Assembly (NCBI GenBank): GCA_031409335.1
Contig: JANNWY010000110.1
Coordinates: forward strand, 1 to 41,719
Reading direction: 5' to 3'
DNA from: Chthoniobacteraceae bacterium
GTDB lineage: Bacteria; Verrucomicrobiota; Verrucomicrobiia; Chthoniobacterales; Chthoniobacteraceae
DNA length: 41,719 nt
Below, in pieces: positions 36,175-41,719 of the stretch; the stretch's first letter is position 1, and each line of letters begins with the position of its first letter. Below the pieces are notes generated by a model. That model had not been told where the DNA came from. It ran no database searches and saw only the letters and a list, made by a program, of their open reading frames with translations. Both the position numbers and the translations under genes were made by a program.

Positions 36175-37026
36175 CTACTTCTTCCCAAAGAGCCGCTTCA
36201 TATTCGCGAGCCCTTTCACCGCGATGTCATCGCGCTTGGGCTCCATCTTGCGCCAGATGGCGGCAGCGCGGGCGATCACTTTCACGTCTGTGGTGAAGCT
36301 CTCGATCACCACATCGCCTTTGTAGCCAATCTTTTTCAGCGCGGACACGATCGTCTTCCAGTCGATGTGATCGCCGCCGGGGGTGCCGCGGTCGCAGCCG
36401 CAGGCGTGGAAATGCGCGAGATTTTTTCCCGCCTTGAGGATCGCGGCTGCCTGGTTCTTTTCCTCGATGTTCATGTGGAAGGTGTCGAGGTGCAGTTTCA
36501 CGGCAGGACTGCCGACGGCCTTGATGAGCTTCAGGCCCTGGTCGCAGGTGTTGAGGAAGTCGGTCTCGAAACGATTCAGCGGCTCGATGCAAAGCTGCAC
36601 GCCTTTGCTCTCGGCGTATTTCGCCAGCGGCTTGAGGTTTTTCACCACGAGATCGAACTGCTGCTTCTTCTCCGCATCGTCATGCGGGCCGACGAGTCCG
36701 ACGACAGAATAGATCGGTCCGATGATCGACGGGCAGCCCATCACCACGGCTTGGTCGATCAACGCGCGCACGTAATCGGACGCGGTTTTTTGATCCGCCA
36801 CCGATCCGCGCAGGTCGCGGCCCGGACCCATGCAGGCGCAGACGCTGCCGATCTTAATTCCGGCCTTGTCGGCGGCGGCTTTGACCTTGGCGGGGTCGAT
36901 GTGACTCGGGTCTTCCACCGGAATTTCAACCGTCTCGAAGCCCCACTTTTTGAACTTGGGAAAGAGCTTCACGCTGTCGGTGGTGAAGGGCGAAACGTAG
37001 AGGAAAGAGTTGAGGCCGTAGCGCAT
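36175..37026 (-). CDS. D-tagatose/D-psicose 3-epimerase family protein
   Basis: IEPLNRFET, LDTFHMNIEE, HAC..DRGTPG, VIESF (E-D-H-E metal/catalytic set). Confidence 0.88.
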   Translation of the reverse strand: MRYGLNSFLYVSPFTTDSVKLFPKFKKWGFETVEIPVEDPSHIDPAKVKAAADKAGIKIGSVCACMGPGRDLRGSVADQKTASDYVRALIDQAVVMGCPSIIGPIYSVVGLVGPHDDAEKKQQFDLVVKNLKPLAKYAESKGVQLCIEPLNRFETDFLNTCDQGLKLIKAVGSPAVKLHLDTFHMNIEEKNQAAAILKAGKNLAHFHACGCDRGTPGGDHIDWKTIVSALKKIGYKGDVVIESFTTDVKVIARAAAIWRKMEPKRDDIAVKGLANMKRLFGKK

Positions 37027-37112
37027 GGAATCTGGAAGTTGAGGGTTGGAATGTTGAACTGCGTTTGTGCGCCTGACGCGCGCAATGAGTCAAGCATCCC
37101 GCGCAATCCCGC

Positions 37113-37141
37113 GTGAACTTTTCGAGGCGTTTCCGCCACTA
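37113..37141 (+). promoter_or_regulatory. Candidate autoregulatory ECF promoter
   Basis: GTGAACTT (ECF-like -35), about 15 bp, then CCACTA, 20 bp upstream of the ECF ATG. Confidence 0.35.
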
Positions 37142-37160
37142 CCTGTGCAATCTGAACACG

Positions 37161-37640
37161 ATGACGCTCGACCATCACGACATTGGCGGCCTGTATCGCC
37201 AGCACGGGGCGGAGATATTGCACTATCTCGCGCGCCGCTGCCCGGCGGAGGAGGCGCACGATCTTTTGCAGGAAACATTTCTGCAAGTGGTGCGGCAGCG
37301 CGACCGGCTCGCCGGGATCACGATGCCGCGCGCGTGGCTGTTCGGGATCGCGCGAAACATTCTCGCGAGCCACTACCGCCAGCAGCCACGGAACGTCGGG
37401 GATGTTTTCCCCGAAACGCATGCGCCCGCCGCGGAAGATGCGCGGCTGCCGGCGATGCGCGAGGCGATCGCGGGGCTCGCGCCGGAATTGCGCGAGACGC
37501 TCGAATTGCGAATCGAGCAGGAACTTTCCTACGAGGAAATCGCGGGCGTCCTCGACGTGCCGATCGGCACGGTCCGCTCGCGACTGCACAATGCGGTGCG
37601 CCGACTTCGCGCGGCGCTCGCCAAACCGGAGCAAAACTGA
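37161..37640 (+). CDS. ECF RNA polymerase sigma factor
   Basis: AHDLLQETF, AWLFGIARN, LSYEEIAGVLDVPIGTVRSRLH. Confidence 0.93.
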   Translation: MTLDHHDIGGLYRQHGAEILHYLARRCPAEEAHDLLQETFLQVVRQRDRLAGITMPRAWLFGIARNILASHYRQQPRNVGDVFPETHAPAAEDARLPAMREAIAGLAPELRETLELRIEQELSYEEIAGVLDVPIGTVRSRLHNAVRRLRAALAKPEQN

Positions 37641-38095
37641 TGAACACTGAAACACTCGAAAACCTGCTGATCGACCGCGCCCTCGGCCAGCTTTCGCCGG
37701 ACGTGGAGGCGCTGCTCACCGAGCACCTCGCCGGGACTCCCGGCGCAGCGCAGGCGGCGGCGGAATTGCGTGAAGTCGTCGCGCTCGCGACCGCGGCGAT
37801 GCATCGCGCCGCGCCGAAACTCGAACTCCCGCCACGCTTCATCGCGCTGCCGCGCTGGCCGCGCGCGCGTCGCGTGCTCGCACTTGCCGCTTCGTTCATG
37901 GCGGGCGCGGGCCTCGCATTTTTCGCGCTGCCCGGGACGAATGCGCCGGTCGCGCCCGCCGTGCAACCCACGCCCGTGCTCGCGCAAGCGCCGAAGCATT
38001 CCCCCGAAGTCGAGCGTGCGCTGCGCAAGCTGCCGTTCTGGTCGAAGGAACGCGCCTACTTGATCGCGGGCGCGGCGAGTGAAACGAACCGTTAA
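37640..38095 (+). CDS. Putative membrane-anchored anti-sigma factor (degenerate ZAS-like N-terminus)
   Basis: TGATG coupling to the ECF gene; LIDRALGQLS..EALLTEHL followed by one TM helix (LALAASFMAGAGLAFF). Confidence 0.75.
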   Translation: MNTETLENLLIDRALGQLSPDVEALLTEHLAGTPGAAQAAAELREVVALATAAMHRAAPKLELPPRFIALPRWPRARRVLALAASFMAGAGLAFFALPGTNAPVAPAVQPTPVLAQAPKHSPEVERALRKLPFWSKERAYLIAGAASETNR

Positions 38096-38108
38096 ACGAA
38101 ATCCATCC

Positions 38109-39623
38109 ATGAAAATCCGAATAAAACTCCACCGCTGGCTCACTCAGAAACTTCCGGTCGCCGCGCTCGCGGTCATCGCACTACCCATCACCGGATGCGG
38201 CCCGGAGGATTGGATCGCGTGGGCACCGGATGGTGAACACGCGATCATGAAAAACGGCCTGATTGACAGCGCCGGAAAACCTTTCGGGGAAGCGCTCGGC
38301 GAGAATGAAACCATCGGCGCGTGGCTGCCGGATTCGCGTCGCGCGCTCGTGATCCGCAGCGTGAAAGCGGCGAGTTGGGAGGAATACGCGGCCCTGCTCG
38401 GCGCGCAACGCGTGACCATCGTCGTGGAGGCGGCTGGCGAGCTGGCCCGCGTCATCGCGGAAAATCAAGACGCGCTCGCGGAACTCGACGACACGCCCGG
38501 ATTCAAGATTTGGAGGGAGAATCTGGAACTGCGCGGCGAGCGGGCGGAAGCAGTGTTGTATTTCCTCGATGCCACCCGGCCCGGCCTGCTCGACCCTTTG
38601 ATGGAGGCTACTGCAGAGCGAGATGCGGCTGCTGCACGGAAAGAAAATGGCGGCGCTGATGCCATCGCGCCCGCGCCGACTGGCGCGACGATCCGGGAGC
38701 AAATGGGTTATCCAGAGATTCACGAATTGCACGTGCGCACGGTGGTTGCGCCGGGTTTTTCGGACGATCAATTGCTCATCCGATTCGTCGATGAAATTGG
38801 CCTGCCGGCCGTCTCGCCGAACGGTCGCGCCGTGGCGTTCGTGCGCGACGAAGCCGCCGACCTCCGGCTCTACGTGATGGCGCTCGAACCAGGCGCGCAG
38901 CCCGTGCTCGTGCAAAGCGGCGCGGAGTTCGCGGCGTGGTCGCCCGACGGCCAGGAGCTGGCTTATTCCAAAAGCAATATCTCGCGGCGAATCCAGCACG
39001 AGAAGGACGGCCTTGGCCTCGGCTCCATCGCGCGCCGTCGCGTCTGCACGCCAGATGGCGCGATCATCGCGGAAGCGGAGCCTGCCGAGGATCTCGCGGG
39101 GCTAATCCTTCCCGAGTATCCCGCGCGCGTCGCGTGGCTGCCGGATGGACGCATCCTTTTCGCCGGGGCGAAATTCACGCTGCCCGCGACCACGCAAAAT
39201 CTTCCGAGCGGCCTCACGCTTTTCGCGTTGCGCGTGAATCCCACGCCATCGATCGAGCAACTCATCGCCGACTCCGTGCCAGCGCGCCTCACCGAGCGCG
39301 TGAACTTTTTCACCGTGAGCCCGGATGGAAAAAAGGTCGCGGTGCTCGGCAAGATGGGCGCCGTGTCGGTGCTCGCGCTCGACACCCGGACGTTCTCGAC
39401 ACTGCAGGATTCATCGCCGCAGTTTTCCAAAGAAGGTCGCGACGACGGACTGCTCGTCCCCGCGTGGCGAAGCGCGGATGAACTCACCTACCTCGTCCCC
39501 GCTGGCGATCCCGCCGGAAGTCCGCTCCGCGCCGAAGTCGTCGTCGCATCGTTGCGCGGCGGCAAGCGCGCGATCTCGAAATCGTGGCCGGATTCCGCGG
39601 CGCTGCCGCCCCTGGAAAAGTGA
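38109..39623 (+). CDS. Lipoprotein with TolB/WD40-like (PD40) beta-propeller repeats
   Basis: Lipobox-like ITGC; repeats WAPDG, WLPDS, VSPNG, WSPDG, WLPDG, VSPDG. Confidence 0.75.
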   Translation: MKIRIKLHRWLTQKLPVAALAVIALPITGCGPEDWIAWAPDGEHAIMKNGLIDSAGKPFGEALGENETIGAWLPDSRRALVIRSVKAASWEEYAALLGAQRVTIVVEAAGELARVIAENQDALAELDDTPGFKIWRENLELRGERAEAVLYFLDATRPGLLDPLMEATAERDAAAARKENGGADAIAPAPTGATIREQMGYPEIHELHVRTVVAPGFSDDQLLIRFVDEIGLPAVSPNGRAVAFVRDEAADLRLYVMALEPGAQPVLVQSGAEFAAWSPDGQELAYSKSNISRRIQHEKDGLGLGSIARRRVCTPDGAIIAEAEPAEDLAGLILPEYPARVAWLPDGRILFAGAKFTLPATTQNLPSGLTLFALRVNPTPSIEQLIADSVPARLTERVNFFTVSPDGKKVAVLGKMGAVSVLALDTRTFSTLQDSSPQFSKEGRDDGLLVPAWRSADELTYLVPAGDPAGSPLRAEVVVASLRGGKRAISKSWPDSAALPPLEK

Positions 39624-39642
39624 CGCGGGCGAAATTCGGGAC

Positions 39643-41719
39643 TCAGCGATCGGCCGCTTTGAATGCCGGTGCCTGCGGGTTTCCGCCAGTTTCCATATAG
39701 GCGAGCAGGTCGAGGATTTCGTCCTTGTTCAGCGTGCTCAACAAGCCGGGAGGCATCAGCGAAACTGGCGACATTTGCCGCGACGCAATCGCGAGTTTGC
39801 CGACCGCTTTTTTTGCGCCGTCGAGCGGGTTGGTGAGCACGATGTAGGCGTCGTTGTTTTCCTCGACGATCAGGCCCATCACGGTGTCGCCTTGCTTGGT
39901 GTTGAAAAGGTGTCCGGCATATTGCTCCGAAACAATTTTCGACGGCTCGACGATGGATTCGAGCAGATCGCGGCGGTTGAAGCGGCTGCCAACGGCGGTG
40001 AGGTCGGGGCCGAAGTTGCCGCCGCCATTTCCGAAGTGATGGCACTGGAGACACTGCACGCTGGAAAAGATTTCCTTCCCGCGCTCGAAATTGCGTCCGC
40101 TGCCCGCCTTGTCGAGATCGCCCGCGAGATCGGCGACGCTCCACATTTTCACGAAAGGACGCACCACCGCCGGGGGCGCGGGCGGCGCGGATTCGGACGG
40201 AGCATTGATGACCGCCGCGAGTTCCGCGCGTTCGGCGTCGCTGAGTTTCGCGACAGCTTGTTCCCTGATGCGCACGATGAACTTCGCCAGCGAATTCCCG
40301 CCCGTGAACGCGCGCGCCTTTGCGAACCACGCGAAATAGCGCTCCCGCTGCGGGCGCGTCCAGCCCGCGGCCTCGCGCAACATGCACGCATACCAAATCT
40401 GCTCCTCCTGCGACGGCGCGGCCTCGATCAATGCCAGCGTTTTCTCCACCACATCCGGCGCGCCGAGCCAGACCAGCAGTTCGCTCAATTCGCGATTCAG
40501 CGGAAAAGTTTTCGCGGGAAACTGCCTGCTGAGTTTCTCGACACCGAGCTTCACCAAATCCTCCGCGGGCCTGCCCTGGCGCGCGAAACTGATTTTCAAA
40601 ACGCGCAGCTTCAGCAGCTTCGATTCGTCGTCGAGTCCATCGAGCGGAAACTTTTTCACCGCCTCCAGCAATTCCGGCTGCGCACTTTTTTCGCCCACAC
40701 GCGCGAGCGCGAGCAGTTGCGTCAGCGCCGCGAGCGGCCGCGTTTCCCGCAGCGCGGCATCCTTCCACTCCGCCACCGGACGCCGCTCGTAAGCAAGCCG
40801 CCAAGCGTGCCGCGTGAACGCATCCGCAGCGCCATCGGGAAAGGCAGGCTTGCCTTCCGCGAGCGATTTCTCCGCGAGCGTGTTGCGCTCGCGTTCCATG
40901 CCACCGCGGACGGCTGCGTTGCCATGCGCCATCGTCTCTTCGAGCTCCTTCAGCTTGTCGGTTTTTCCGATCCAGCTCACCCGATACAGCGCCGCCTGCG
41001 TCCCGCGCCCACCGACGGTGAGATACATCGCGCCGTCGGCACCGAATTCGAGATCGGTGAAAGGCATCGCTTTTCCCGAAAGAAACTCCTCCACATCGCC
41101 GCCCGCCTCCGGTCCCGGCGGATGCGTGAGGCTGGCAAGCTGGCTCTTCGCCGCGTAGCTCGCGCCCTTCGGTGATTGATGGACCGCAAGGATGCGGCCG
41201 AACGTCCAATCCATCACAAAAAATGCCGTCCGATAGCGCGCCGGCCATTTGCTCGTCGCGCCAAATTTTACTCCCGTCGGGCACCCGAGCCCGATGTCAC
41301 AAACCGGCGGCAGCGAGTCCGCATATGTCACCGGCCACTTCTGATTCCCCTCGCGAAATCCGTACTCGCCGCCAGGCACGATGTGCAGGATGCGCGTGGC
41401 CCGATACCACGGCAGGCCCGCATCCCATTCCATGTCGCTGTCAAAGGTGAAAAGCTCGCCGTCCTCGTTGAAGTCGATGTCATACGCATTGCGAAAACCA
41501 CCGGCGAAAAGCTCCCATTTCGTCCCGTTCTCATCGGTGCGCAGGATGTGGCCGTACGGGACTTTCAGATTGTCGAAAAACGTCGCGACCGGGTCCATCA
41601 CGCGCGGCACCAGGATGTCTTCCGCGAAATGGCGATACGGCGAATGTTCGTAGTCGATCCCCTCCACCGGCGGCGTCGAATTGCCGTGCGCGATGTAGAG
41701 CTTGTCATCTGGCCCGAGC
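39643..41719 (-). CDS. PVC-type heme-binding CxxCH / membrane-bound dehydrogenase-like protein, 5' partial
   Basis: The frame is open to the window edge. GFRNAYD..FTFDSDMEWD..PWYR propeller motifs, HEAT-like region, CLQCH, GPDLT, LLESIVEPS, SLMPPGL, DLLAY. Confidence 0.9.
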   Translation of the reverse strand, partial: LGPDDKLYIAHGNSTPPVEGIDYEHSPYRHFAEDILVPRVMDPVATFFDNLKVPYGHILRTDENGTKWELFAGGFRNAYDIDFNEDGELFTFDSDMEWDAGLPWYRATRILHIVPGGEYGFREGNQKWPVTYADSLPPVCDIGLGCPTGVKFGATSKWPARYRTAFFVMDWTFGRILAVHQSPKGASYAAKSQLASLTHPPGPEAGGDVEEFLSGKAMPFTDLEFGADGAMYLTVGGRGTQAALYRVSWIGKTDKLKELEETMAHGNAAVRGGMERERNTLAEKSLAEGKPAFPDGAADAFTRHAWRLAYERRPVAEWKDAALRETRPLAALTQLLALARVGEKSAQPELLEAVKKFPLDGLDDESKLLKLRVLKISFARQGRPAEDLVKLGVEKLSRQFPAKTFPLNRELSELLVWLGAPDVVEKTLALIEAAPSQEEQIWYACMLREAAGWTRPQRERYFAWFAKARAFTGGNSLAKFIVRIREQAVAKLSDAERAELAAVINAPSESAPPAPPAVVRPFVKMWSVADLAGDLDKAGSGRNFERGKEIFSSVQCLQCHHFGNGGGNFGPDLTAVGSRFNRRDLLESIVEPSKIVSEQYAGHLFNTKQGDTVMGLIVEENNDAYIVLTNPLDGAKKAVGKLAIASRQMSPVSLMPPGLLSTLNKDEILDLLAYMETGGNPQAPAFKAADR

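Noticed and set aside
2432..41284. Many long overlapping ORFs (e.g. 2432..3700+, 4057..6105+, 16838..18181+, 20906..22681+, 24184..26244-, 33558..34913-, 39325..41175+, 39488..41284-)
   Set aside because: They are antisense or alternate-frame shadows of motif-supported genes, expected in high-GC DNA, and have no recognisable motifs.
1..41719. CRISPR array, tRNA, rRNA, or tmRNA near smpB
   Set aside because: No regularly spaced direct repeats or recognisable tRNA, rRNA or tmRNA signatures were found by eye. An Infernal/tRNAscan run would be needed to exclude them fully.

Overview
GC-rich bacterial chromosome segment. The gene content (DUF1592/PSD protein, PVC-type heme CxxCH protein, HprK-HPr-EI, kinase-linked ECF sigma factor) suggests Verrucomicrobiota, which is an inference. 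The first ~2.4 kb is visibly AT-richer and accessory: the end of an IS630-like element, an RCC1-repeat remnant, and an Mrr-like nuclease-NACHT gene broken by a one-base frameshift. Next come an esterase, RNase P RNA (rnpB), a GH13 glycosidase, a DUF1592 protein, a giant metzincin/PKD/8x Calx-beta exoprotein, an FG-GAP protein with a GT-C glycosyltransferase, a dynamin-like GTPase, a CE4 deacetylase and mtnP. These are followed by cstA(YbdD-like tail)-hprK-ptsH-ptsI and the minus-strand core cluster rpmH-rnpA-yidD-yidC-jag-rpoZ-smpB. The right part holds a Ser/Thr kinase + ECF pair, a class I LysRS, two TIM-barrel epimerases, an ECF/anti-sigma/lipoprotein operon and a partial heme CxxCH protein. 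The most striking locus is 30.5-33.3 kb. There a Hanks-type kinase carries a Wzc/Wzz-like periplasmic domain and has a palindromic repeat in frame in its activation loop, and a REPIN-like doublet separates it from its ECF sigma gene. All calls come from reading motifs by eye; no database searches were run.
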